NCBI GenBank assembly: GCA_902801515.1
Contig: CADCII010000020.1
Location: 2,097-66,096, forward strand
From: an uncultured Lachnospiraceae bacterium
GTDB lineage: Bacteria; Bacillota; Clostridia; Lachnospirales; Lachnospiraceae
Direction of reading: 5' to 3'
DNA length: 64,000 nucleotides
This document shows positions 45,898-54,197 of the stretch, in pieces; position 1 is the first letter of the stretch; each line of letters opens with the position of its first letter. A program made the position numbers and the translations under genes. Below the pieces are notes generated by a model that ran no database searches, was not told the origin of the DNA, and saw only the letters and a list, made by a program, of their open reading frames with translations.

Positions 45898-46851
45898 ATG
45901 GCAAAAGTTGTAGCTTTTTCATTTGGCAGAAAGATGTCGAATACCGATGTTATGCTGAAGGAAGTACTGAAGAAATGCGAAGAAGCAGGACATGAGATTC
46001 AGTTTGTACGTCCGGATGACCTTGATATCAAGCCGTGTACCGGATGCTGTGCATGTGTAGTAGGAATCATGTCCGGAAGAAACAACGGCAAGTGTGTGCA
46101 CAAGGATGATTTCCATATCCTGGAAGATGCATACTATTCCGCAGATGCACTGATCATCGGATCACCGGTCTATGAGACTTCCCCCAGCGGAACATTCAAG
46201 ACCTTCTGCGACCGTTTCGGTCCGTCCCATGACCTTGCTTTCCTCACCGAAGCAAAGAAAGAACGTCTTGCAAGAGACGGAGAGAACGCCCTGCTTCCGG
46301 ATGAGAGAGTTTTCAAACCGCGTGTCGGATGTCTGGTAGGCGTCGGCGGAGCAAGGACCGAGAACTGGACCATCTTCACCATCCCGATCATGTATGAGAG
46401 CATGATGTCCGCAGGTGTTGACGTCATCGATACCCATGTATACTATGGCGCGATGAATGTGCAGCATGTCCTCGGAGTTCCGGAACAGATGGAGCGCATG
46501 GATAAGATGGCACAGAACATCCTGGATGCGCTTGCAGCAGATTCCGATGACGAGAGAAAGAAATGGCGCGGAGAGGAAGAAGGCGCCTGCCCGGTCTGCC
46601 ATCAGAGCATGTTCAAGGTTCATCAGGGAAGCGACAGAGTCGAGTGCGCAATCTGCGGCATCGACGGCAAGGTCGGCCTTGTGGACGGCAAGATCATGTA
46701 TAACTTCTCCCAGGCAGAGCAGGACCGCAGCCGCATGAAATATGCCGGCAAGCTGGAGCACAGAAATGAGATCGCTGACGGTGCCATGACCCAGAAGAAG
46801 GTCGAAGGCCTTGCTGAACTGAAAAAGCCATATCTGAATATCGGAGAATAA
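45898..46851 (+). CDS. Flavodoxin-like fold / NADPH-dependent FMN reductase family protein with Cys cluster and C-terminal zinc-ribbon-like extension
   Basis: The N-terminus reads KVVAFSFGRKMSNTDVMLKEVL...PCTGCCACV, and IIGSPVYETSPSGTFK follows. The C-terminus reads CPVCHQSMFKV...VECAICGIDGKV, which gives two CxxC pairs. Confidence 0.65.
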   Translation: MAKVVAFSFGRKMSNTDVMLKEVLKKCEEAGHEIQFVRPDDLDIKPCTGCCACVVGIMSGRNNGKCVHKDDFHILEDAYYSADALIIGSPVYETSPSGTFKTFCDRFGPSHDLAFLTEAKKERLARDGENALLPDERVFKPRVGCLVGVGGARTENWTIFTIPIMYESMMSAGVDVIDTHVYYGAMNVQHVLGVPEQMERMDKMAQNILDALAADSDDERKKWRGEEEGACPVCHQSMFKVHQGSDRVECAICGIDGKVGLVDGKIMYNFSQAEQDRSRMKYAGKLEHRNEIADGAMTQKKVEGLAELKKPYLNIGE

Positions 46852-46900
46852 AGAACGATACGATAATCATACAACTTTAACATAACCTTCTGAAAGGCTG

Positions 46901-46942
46901 CATGCCCGTCTATACAAAGTATAGTCGGGCATGTGGTTTTTT
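46901..46942 (+). terminator. Intrinsic terminator
   Basis: CATGCCCGTCTATAC-AAA-GTATAGTCGGGCATG forms the stem, followed by TGGTTTTTT. Confidence 0.8.
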
Positions 46943-47040
46943 ATGCAGATACGTGCTTCTGCAAACTTGATTCTGCCATGGCGAGTGTTATACTGTTCTC
47001 TGGCTAAAGTTACTGATCTGTCAAAGCATATGGAATACCG

Positions 47041-48369
47041 ATGACCAACGATCTTACTTCCGGGAAGCCGCTTCCCGCTATTATCAGGATGTCCCTTCCG
47101 ATCATGGCGGGGAATCTGTTTCAACAGTTTTACGGGATGACAGACACCATCATCGTCGGCCGCTTTCTCGGGAGAAATGCGCTGGCGGCGGTGGGGTCCA
47201 CATCATCTCTGTACAATATGATCCTCTGGTTTGCCAACGGCGTAGCCGGAGGCTTTGCGATCATACTTGCGCAGAAATTCGGTGCCAAAAGGTACAGGGA
47301 ACTGAGGCAGAGGCTTGCGCTTTCTATTATGCTCTCTGCGGCAACTTCTCTGCTGGTGACCCTGTTCAGTCTGCTTTTTATCCGCCAGACTCTGCACCTG
47401 ATGAATACGCCGGCCGAGATCTATCCGGACGCTGAGCGCTATATAGTCACTGTTCTTGCAGGCCTGACGGCGACAGTCGCCTATAACATGGCAGCCTCTG
47501 TCCTGCGTGCGCTTGGGGACAGCCAGACTCCGCTGTTCTTTCTCATTTTCTCCAGTGTTTTGAACATAGGACTCGATCTTCTGTTTATCGGACCTCTGGG
47601 CTGGGGGACGGCAGGAGCGGCAAGAGCTACAGTACTGGCACAGACTATCTCCGTACTGCTCTGTGTCCTTTATATGAGAAAACGGTATCCGATCCTTCAT
47701 CTGAAGAAATCTGACTGGACTTTTGTCCCTGGAGACGCAGCGCAGATGCTGAAACTGGGACTGCCTCTTGGTTTCATGGGAGTACTGACAGCGTCCGGCA
47801 TCATCATACTCCAGGTTGCGATCAATTCCTTCGGGGCGGCGAGTGTAGCTGCGTATGCTGCAGCAAATAAAGTCGAGACCCTGTTTACATTTCCGCTTGG
47901 CGCGTACGGGATGACGATGTCCAGTTTCTGCGGACAGAACTTTGGCGCGAAGAAGTACGACAATATCAGGAAAGGGATCCGGCAGTGCATTCTCCTGATG
48001 TGCTGCAATGCTCTTGTATTCATGGTGGTCCTGGAGACGGCTGGCGATATGATCGCAGGATTTTTCCTCAGTTCTGCCGACGCGGAGGTGATATCACTGA
48101 CGGCGGAATACCTGCACGTTATTGCGTTGTTCCTTCCCGTCTTCGGATTCATAATGATCCTTCGCAGCAGCATCCAGGGAATGGGAAATGCCGTTGTCTC
48201 GACGCTGAACGGGATTCTGGAATCAGTTGTACGTGTCCTGTGGACGATGTGGCTGATCCCGTACGGGTCTTTCCATCAACTTTGTTATGTCAATCCCACG
48301 GCGTGGATCATGGCCGCGCTGATGATGCTTGGAGTATACGAATTCAGGATCCGGAGATCTTTGAGATGA
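47041..48369 (+). CDS. MATE-family efflux transporter
   Basis: LPIMAGNLFQQFYGMTDTIIVGRFLG is the typical MATE N-terminus. The protein has 12 TM helices and is 442 aa long. Confidence 0.85.
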   Translation: MTNDLTSGKPLPAIIRMSLPIMAGNLFQQFYGMTDTIIVGRFLGRNALAAVGSTSSLYNMILWFANGVAGGFAIILAQKFGAKRYRELRQRLALSIMLSAATSLLVTLFSLLFIRQTLHLMNTPAEIYPDAERYIVTVLAGLTATVAYNMAASVLRALGDSQTPLFFLIFSSVLNIGLDLLFIGPLGWGTAGAARATVLAQTISVLLCVLYMRKRYPILHLKKSDWTFVPGDAAQMLKLGLPLGFMGVLTASGIIILQVAINSFGAASVAAYAAANKVETLFTFPLGAYGMTMSSFCGQNFGAKKYDNIRKGIRQCILLMCCNALVFMVVLETAGDMIAGFFLSSADAEVISLTAEYLHVIALFLPVFGFIMILRSSIQGMGNAVVSTLNGILESVVRVLWTMWLIPYGSFHQLCYVNPTAWIMAALMMLGVYEFRIRRSLR

Positions 48370-48373
48370 GGTA

Positions 48374-49633
48374 GTGTGTGAGCGGCAGAAAGACAGATAC
48401 TCAAGAGACTTTACAATCATTACGGTGGGCAGCGTTATTTCCATGCTGGGAAATACGGTGTCCGGCTTTGCGATGAGTCTTCTTGTTCTCGATATTTCAA
48501 AGTCGACGCTGCTGTACGCGATCTACCTTGCCATGTATACCCTGCCGCAGCTGATCATGCCGGTGATCTTCGGGGCGGTGCTGGACAGGTTCTCCCGCAG
48601 GAAAATGATCTATACGCTGGACTTTCTCTCTTCGGGGCTTTACCTGGTCATGGCGTGCGTTCTTGCAGCCGGCTGGTTTTCATTTCCGCTGTTTGCAGCG
48701 GGCTGTTTTCTTCTGGGCTCGATTGAGAGTATCTATATGGTTGCCTATGAGAGCTTCTATCCGCTGTTGATCGGAGAGGGGTTTTTTCAGAAGGCATATT
48801 CGATCGCGAGTGTGCTGGAAACATTCACTGCCGTGATGGTCCCGGTCTCCGCGTTTCTCTATGGGCTGATCGGTCTTGCGCCGCTTCTTGCGGCCAATGC
48901 AGTATGCTTTTTCCTGGCTGCAGTCATGGAGACACAGATTAAGGCAGATGAAGACTATATCAGGAAGCAGCGCCAGGTACAGGATAATCAGGAAGAGAAG
49001 CTTCCGTACAGAAAGCAGATCCTGACAGATATCAGGGAAGGGTTCGCATATCTTCTGGCTGAGAAAGGCCTGCTGATCATAGCAGTTTATTTCGTGATCT
49101 CATCCATCTGCGGAGGGACATCCTGGACCCTGACGCTTCCGTATTTCCGGAAAACATTTGAGCACGGAGAGTATATCTATATGCTGGTATGGGGGACCAT
49201 GCTTGCCGCCAGGTCACTGGGAGGCATAATCCACTATAAATGGAGCATCCCTGCAGCCTGGCGGTATATGATCGCGCTTATCGCATATATTATTATCAAT
49301 GTAAATGAGGGCGTGTATCTGTTCTTCCCGATCCCTGTCATGATGGCGCTGTGCTTCGTGATCGGAGCCGGAGGAGTGACCACCTATACGATCCGGGTCT
49401 CCGCTACCCAGAGTTACGTTCCGGATGAGAAGAAGGGCAGGTTCAACGGTGCTTTCAATGTGCTGAATACCGCAGGTCAGCTGGCGGGAGAACTCCTTGC
49501 AGGATGGCTGACATTATACATGAATGAGAGGATCATACTGCTGATCGTCATGCTGGCCGGTGCGGCGTCCGCCGTTTTGCTGGTCGGAGGAGGAAAGCGG
49601 TACGTCGAGCCCATTTACAACAGGCAGGAATAG
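48374..49633 (+). CDS. MFS transporter (MFS_3 / enterobactin-exporter-like)
   Basis: The protein has 12 hydrophobic segments and contains GAVLDRFSRRKMIY. The start is a GTG 5 nt after the MATE stop. Confidence 0.75.
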   Translation: MCERQKDRYSRDFTIITVGSVISMLGNTVSGFAMSLLVLDISKSTLLYAIYLAMYTLPQLIMPVIFGAVLDRFSRRKMIYTLDFLSSGLYLVMACVLAAGWFSFPLFAAGCFLLGSIESIYMVAYESFYPLLIGEGFFQKAYSIASVLETFTAVMVPVSAFLYGLIGLAPLLAANAVCFFLAAVMETQIKADEDYIRKQRQVQDNQEEKLPYRKQILTDIREGFAYLLAEKGLLIIAVYFVISSICGGTSWTLTLPYFRKTFEHGEYIYMLVWGTMLAARSLGGIIHYKWSIPAAWRYMIALIAYIIINVNEGVYLFFPIPVMMALCFVIGAGGVTTYTIRVSATQSYVPDEKKGRFNGAFNVLNTAGQLAGELLAGWLTLYMNERIILLIVMLAGAASAVLLVGGGKRYVEPIYNRQE

Positions 49634-49648
49634 TCATTTCTGCCTGTT
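49619..49648. terminator. Hairpin spanning the stop codons of convergent MFS and glmS genes
   Basis: AACAGGCAG...CTGCCTGTT forms a 9-bp stem plus additional A-T pairs. Only 14 nt separate the two ORFs. Confidence 0.4.
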
Positions 49649-51516
49649 CATTCTACAGTAACACTCTTTGCAAGGTTCCTGGGCTTGTCCACATCCAGTC
49701 CGCGGGCAACTCCGCTGTAATATCCGAACAGCTGGAGCGGCACGACAGCCAGGCTTGCCATGAAATGAGGATCCGTCTTCGGGACATATACCGTGAAGTT
49801 GGCGGAATCCTCCGCACTGTAATTGCCGTAGCAGGTTAGCGCCATCAGGTAGGCGCCTCTTGCCTTGCACTCGGTCATATTGCTGACAGTCTTCTCAAAC
49901 AGATCGTTCTGTGTCAGAACGCCGATCACAAGCATATTGTCTTCGATCAGGCTGATGGTACCGTGCTTCAGCTCTCCGGCGGCGTAGGCTTCGGAGTGTA
50001 CATAACTGATCTCTTTAAGCTTAAGGCTTCCTTCCAGGCTGATGGCATAGTCGAGACCGCGGCCGATGAAGAAAATATCCCTTGCGTTGGAATACTTTGC
50101 CGCAAACCACTGGATACGTTCTTTCTCTTCCAGGATACGTTCGATCTTGTCCGGGATCGAAGACAGCTCCCTCAGATAATACTCATATTTATCATCATCG
50201 ATAAGTCCGCGGACATATCCGGCCTGGACTGCCAGGCAGTACATGGCGGCCAGTTGGGCGGAGAAGGCCTTCGTAGTGGCGACTGCGATCTCGGGCCCCG
50301 CATGGGTATAGAGGACATGATCGGCTTCTCTTGCGATGGTGGATCCGACGACATTGACAACGGCAAGAGTGCGGACCCCCATCTCCTTTGCCCTGCGAAG
50401 CGCGGCAAGGCTGTCCGCGGTCTCTCCGGACTGGGAGATCACGATAAGCAGCTCATTTTCCCCCGGCAGGACCCTGCGGTACCGGTATTCCGAGGCAAGC
50501 TCGACCCGGACAGGGATCTGTGTGATATCCTCCAGTATGTACTGTGCAGCCATTCCAACGTGCCAGGCAGAGCCGCATGCAACGATGCGGATCGACGCGG
50601 CATCGCGAAGAACCTCGTCACTCAGGCCTGCAGCCTCCAGACAGATCCGGCCGTCCGTGATCAGGCTTGCAAGCGTATCCCGGACAGCTGCGGGCTGCTC
50701 ATAGATCTCTTTGATCATGAAATGTTCAAAGCCGTTTTTCTCTGCAGCCTTTGCATCCCAGGTGATTTGGGTACTTTCCAGCTGTACCTCGTCCCCGTTC
50801 AGGTCGTAGAAATGAACTTCGCCCGGGCGAAGCTGAGCGATCTGCAGGTTGCCGATGTAATAGACATTGCGGGTATAGTTCAGGATCGCCGGGACATCAG
50901 ACGCAAGGTAGGATTCATTTCCATCGATTCCGATGATCATCGGCGCATCCTTGCGGGCGGCGTAGATCTCACCGGGATAATCGCGGAACATCAGGGCGAG
51001 AGCGTAGGTCCCGCGCACACGCACCAGTGTGCGGTTGATAGCATCGATCGGACCAATCTTATACTTCTTGTAATAGTAGTCGATCAGCTTGACCACGACC
51101 TCCGTGTCGGTGTCGCTGTAGAACTGGTATCCGTGCCTGGCCAGCTTCTCCTTGAGTTCCAGATAGTTTTCAATGATGCCGTTGTGAACACCAGCGACCT
51201 CAGACTCAACCTGCCCTGAACCGGATCCCGAACAGTTGCCGCTCACATGGGGATGCGCATTGGTCTGGCTGGGCTCGCCGTGTGTAGCCCACCTGGTATG
51301 CCCGATCCCGCAGGTACCGGCAAGAGACCTCCCGCCATCCGTTTTCTCAATCAGACTGCGCAGTTTGCCCGTCGATTTGACCACTTCAGCAAGATCAGAC
51401 CCGTTGCGCACGGCAAGACCTGCAGAGTCATAGCCTCTGTACTCCAGCCTTCCGAGTCCGTCAAGAAGGACCGGGGCCGCCTGCTGAGTTCCTGTATATC
51501 CGACTATTCCACACAT
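49648..51516 (-). CDS. glmS: Glutamine--fructose-6-phosphate aminotransferase (isomerizing)
   Basis: MCGIVGYTG supplies the N-terminal nucleophile Cys. Two SIS domains are present (SQSGETADSL and others), and the C-terminus reads DKPRNLAKSVTVE. Confidence 0.95.
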   Translation of the reverse strand: MCGIVGYTGTQQAAPVLLDGLGRLEYRGYDSAGLAVRNGSDLAEVVKSTGKLRSLIEKTDGGRSLAGTCGIGHTRWATHGEPSQTNAHPHVSGNCSGSGSGQVESEVAGVHNGIIENYLELKEKLARHGYQFYSDTDTEVVVKLIDYYYKKYKIGPIDAINRTLVRVRGTYALALMFRDYPGEIYAARKDAPMIIGIDGNESYLASDVPAILNYTRNVYYIGNLQIAQLRPGEVHFYDLNGDEVQLESTQITWDAKAAEKNGFEHFMIKEIYEQPAAVRDTLASLITDGRICLEAAGLSDEVLRDAASIRIVACGSAWHVGMAAQYILEDITQIPVRVELASEYRYRRVLPGENELLIVISQSGETADSLAALRRAKEMGVRTLAVVNVVGSTIAREADHVLYTHAGPEIAVATTKAFSAQLAAMYCLAVQAGYVRGLIDDDKYEYYLRELSSIPDKIERILEEKERIQWFAAKYSNARDIFFIGRGLDYAISLEGSLKLKEISYVHSEAYAAGELKHGTISLIEDNMLVIGVLTQNDLFEKTVSNMTECKARGAYLMALTCYGNYSAEDSANFTVYVPKTDPHFMASLAVVPLQLFGYYSGVARGLDVDKPRNLAKSVTVE

Positions 51517-51535
51517 AAAAACATCTCCTCAGAAT

Positions 51536-51607
51536 CTGAACAAGTGCCTTTTGAACAAGTGCCTGTCACTTGTTCAAAATTAAACAAGTGACAGGCACTT
51601 GTTCAAG
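51536..51607. repeat. REP-like units in the glmS leader: one partial unit plus two full units in opposite loop orientation (REPIN-like doublet)
   Basis: The partial unit is CTGAACAAGTGCCT. The full units are TTTGAACAAGTGCCTGTCACTTGTTCAAA (51550-51578) and ATTAAACAAGTGACAGGCACTTGTTCAAG (51579-51607). Confidence 0.9.
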
Positions 51608-51610
51608 TTA

Positions 51611-51654
51611 AATATAAAATAAGGCGTCAGCGGGACAGACCCCACTGACGCCTT
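51611..51654 (-). terminator. Intrinsic terminator of the helicase operon
   Basis: AAGGCGTCAG-(14 nt)-CTGACGCCTT forms a perfect 10-bp stem. On the minus strand it is followed by ATTTTATATTT. Confidence 0.75.
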
Positions 51655-51732
51655 TGTCATTAAGGATAATAAAAATAAAATAAGTGGCTTTATTATAAAT
51701 AGATAATGTCTGAATGTAAAGAGCGGCGGGTA

Positions 51733-54105
51733 TCAGATGCCCTCAGTCCACTCGCCGATCCGCTGCTTCAGGCCTTCGATATCCAGAACGCCGTACGCGA
51801 AGCCTCTTCGCACCAGTTCTTCCGGGAGGATGTCGTCATACTTGTCAAAGACGGGAACCTCTTTCGGATAGAGCAGCTCCATGGGATCGATCCCTTCTTC
51901 CATCTCTTCCTTCAGCACTTTGTAGAATTCCTGCTCGCTGACTCCTAGTGTAAACTGGCAGAAATAAGGCCGCACGGAGTTGAATCCTTTCAGCCCCAGC
52001 CGCTTTGCGCAGCGGATCCGCAGGAATCTTTCCAGCGCAAGAAAGGCGTAGCTTCCAAGCCAGGGGGTAAGGCAGTACATGCTCCCGCCAAGGCTGACCA
52101 GCGGCCGGTAGCCGAGACCTGAGTGCAGGGCGTCCACACGTGCGGTCATGAGCCTGGCCTGCGCATTCTTCAGAAGATAGGGATAATCCGATGTCTCCAG
52201 AAGGACCTGTCTCATACGCTCCAGGATCTTCGTGTGAATGTCACCGGGCTCCTCCCCGAAATAAGCGGGGACCCTGCCCTTGATCATGTGGCAGTAGACC
52301 TGGTGATGAGTGCGGTCCACTTCCTCGACAACCCAGACATGTCCGGCGATGGCGATCCGGTCTCCGATGGGGGGCGGCTTGACGATAGTCCCGATCTCCT
52401 GGGACTCGCACCGGACACTGTACTCTTCATTTTCCTGGAAGACCGCGTAGAACTTGAAATTGTTCGTTATGCGCTCTCCGGCAAGACCGACGATCAGGCC
52501 CCTTTCCTCCGTCAGCTCTATGTGATCCTTCGCGATCAGGTCATTGATGAGGATACGGAAGTCATCCCTGGTGACATTCTCAAAAGGAGCCAGGGTAAGG
52601 ACTCTGGATGCAAGCTCCGCCGGAGACATCTCTCCGCCCGATGCCAGGGTGCTCATGGTCTGGTGGTAGAGCAGGCTGAAAGGAAGCCGGCCTCTGCGCG
52701 GGGGCTCGACCCAGCGCTCTTCCAGATAGAGCTGGACCAGCGCGATCCCCTGCAGGAGTGCCCACGGGATCTTGTCAGGGAGGAGATCCCTTGCTTCCGC
52801 ATGTTCTTCTCTCATGACAAACCACATCTCACAGGGCTCGCCCCTTCTTCCGGTGCGGCCCATCCTCTGGAGAAATGCAGAGACCGTGAACGGAGCATTG
52901 ATCTGGAAAGCACGCTCCAGCTTGCCGATATCGATGCCAAGCTCCAGGGTGGCAGTGGTGCAGGTAGTCAGGGCTGAATCGTCATCGCGCATCTCATCTT
53001 CCGCAGTCTCCCTGAAAGCGGTGGACAGGTTGCCGTGATGGATCAGAAAACGGTCCGGCTCATGATTGTATTCACAGTACGCGCGAAGTGTCGTGGTGAC
53101 CTCTTCACATTCTTCTCTGGAATTGCTGAAGACCAGACATTTCCGGCCGCGGGTATGCTCAAAGATATAGCCCATGCCCGGATCCGCTGTGAGCGGCGCT
53201 TTGTCCGTAGGCTTCGCGTCCGCCTTTGTCTGGCGAAGCACAGACACGTCAGCCTTCGCGATGCCGGACGCCGATACATCCGCCTTCACCCCGCCATCCG
53301 CCGGCATCTTCGAGGTTCCTATGGCCGGCCGCATGCTTGCCGACGGGACCCCGCCTGCCCATGCGCTCTTTTCCGGGTTCTCTATGATGTCGGATGCCTG
53401 CGGCGCTGCATTGAAGAAATGCTCCATGGAAAGTCTCCAGCGCATGCCCTTTGCTTTGATATCCGGAATGACAGTGCCCCTTCCGGAACCGGCGGCGAGG
53501 AACCTTCCGGCTTCCTGCGGATCACCTATGGTCGCGGACAGACCGATCCTTCTGGGATTTGCACCGGACAGTCTGCACAGTCTCTGGACCAGGCACATGC
53601 ACTGTCCGCCGCGGTCGCCGCGAAGAAGCGAATGAATCTCATCGATCACTACATACCGAAGATCTCCGAACAGTTTCGGGACTTCGCTGTGCTTGTGCAT
53701 CAGAAGCGCCTCCAGGGACTCCGGCGTGATCTGCAGGATGCCCGAAGGGTGTTTGAGCAGTTTCTTCTTGTGGGAAGAGGAGACGTCGCCGTGCCAGTGC
53801 CAGACCGGGATGTGGCCCTCCTCGCACAGGTCATTTAACCGGATGAACTGGTCGTTGATCAGAGCCTTGAGAGGCGCGATATACAGACAGCCCACCGATT
53901 CCGGCGGATCCTCGGTAAACTCTGTGAGAATCGGGAAGAAAGCGGCTTCCGTCTTCCCGGATGCGGTGGAGGCGCACAGCAGGACATTCTGGTCCGTATT
54001 GAATATGGCGTCCCCTGCCGCAACCTGGATCGCCCTGAGGTCCTGCCAGCCGCTGCGGTATATGAAATCCTGTATAAAATCCGAATAACGGGAGAAGATA
54101 TCCAT
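51733..54105 (-). CDS. Lhr-like (COG1201-type, BrxHI-like) DEAD/DEAH-box helicase
   Basis: The N-terminus is GWQDLRAIQVAAGDAI. Motif I is CASTASGKTEAAF, motif II is VVIDEIHSL, motif III is GLSATIG and motif VI is LQRMGRTGRRG. A C-terminal extension of about 300 aa follows. Confidence 0.8.
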   Translation of the reverse strand: MDIFSRYSDFIQDFIYRSGWQDLRAIQVAAGDAIFNTDQNVLLCASTASGKTEAAFFPILTEFTEDPPESVGCLYIAPLKALINDQFIRLNDLCEEGHIPVWHWHGDVSSSHKKKLLKHPSGILQITPESLEALLMHKHSEVPKLFGDLRYVVIDEIHSLLRGDRGGQCMCLVQRLCRLSGANPRRIGLSATIGDPQEAGRFLAAGSGRGTVIPDIKAKGMRWRLSMEHFFNAAPQASDIIENPEKSAWAGGVPSASMRPAIGTSKMPADGGVKADVSASGIAKADVSVLRQTKADAKPTDKAPLTADPGMGYIFEHTRGRKCLVFSNSREECEEVTTTLRAYCEYNHEPDRFLIHHGNLSTAFRETAEDEMRDDDSALTTCTTATLELGIDIGKLERAFQINAPFTVSAFLQRMGRTGRRGEPCEMWFVMREEHAEARDLLPDKIPWALLQGIALVQLYLEERWVEPPRRGRLPFSLLYHQTMSTLASGGEMSPAELASRVLTLAPFENVTRDDFRILINDLIAKDHIELTEERGLIVGLAGERITNNFKFYAVFQENEEYSVRCESQEIGTIVKPPPIGDRIAIAGHVWVVEEVDRTHHQVYCHMIKGRVPAYFGEEPGDIHTKILERMRQVLLETSDYPYLLKNAQARLMTARVDALHSGLGYRPLVSLGGSMYCLTPWLGSYAFLALERFLRIRCAKRLGLKGFNSVRPYFCQFTLGVSEQEFYKVLKEEMEEGIDPMELLYPKEVPVFDKYDDILPEELVRRGFAYGVLDIEGLKQRIGEWTEGI

Positions 54106-54197
54106 GGTACACCTCGGTGGGGTGCCCCCGCCTTCTCAGGCAAAGAGCCGCTCGTGTGTTTCAATGCGTTCCTGAATCCTGTCCTCTGACAGTGTAT

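Noticed and set aside
49963-51219. A 418-aa plus-strand ORF inside glmS. Similar long antisense ORFs occur at 21250-22119, 37204-38130, 55866-56597, 58040-58828 and 62790-63512.
   Set aside because: Each of these lies entirely within, and antisense to, a gene with unambiguous conserved motifs. They are treated as non-coding frame artefacts.
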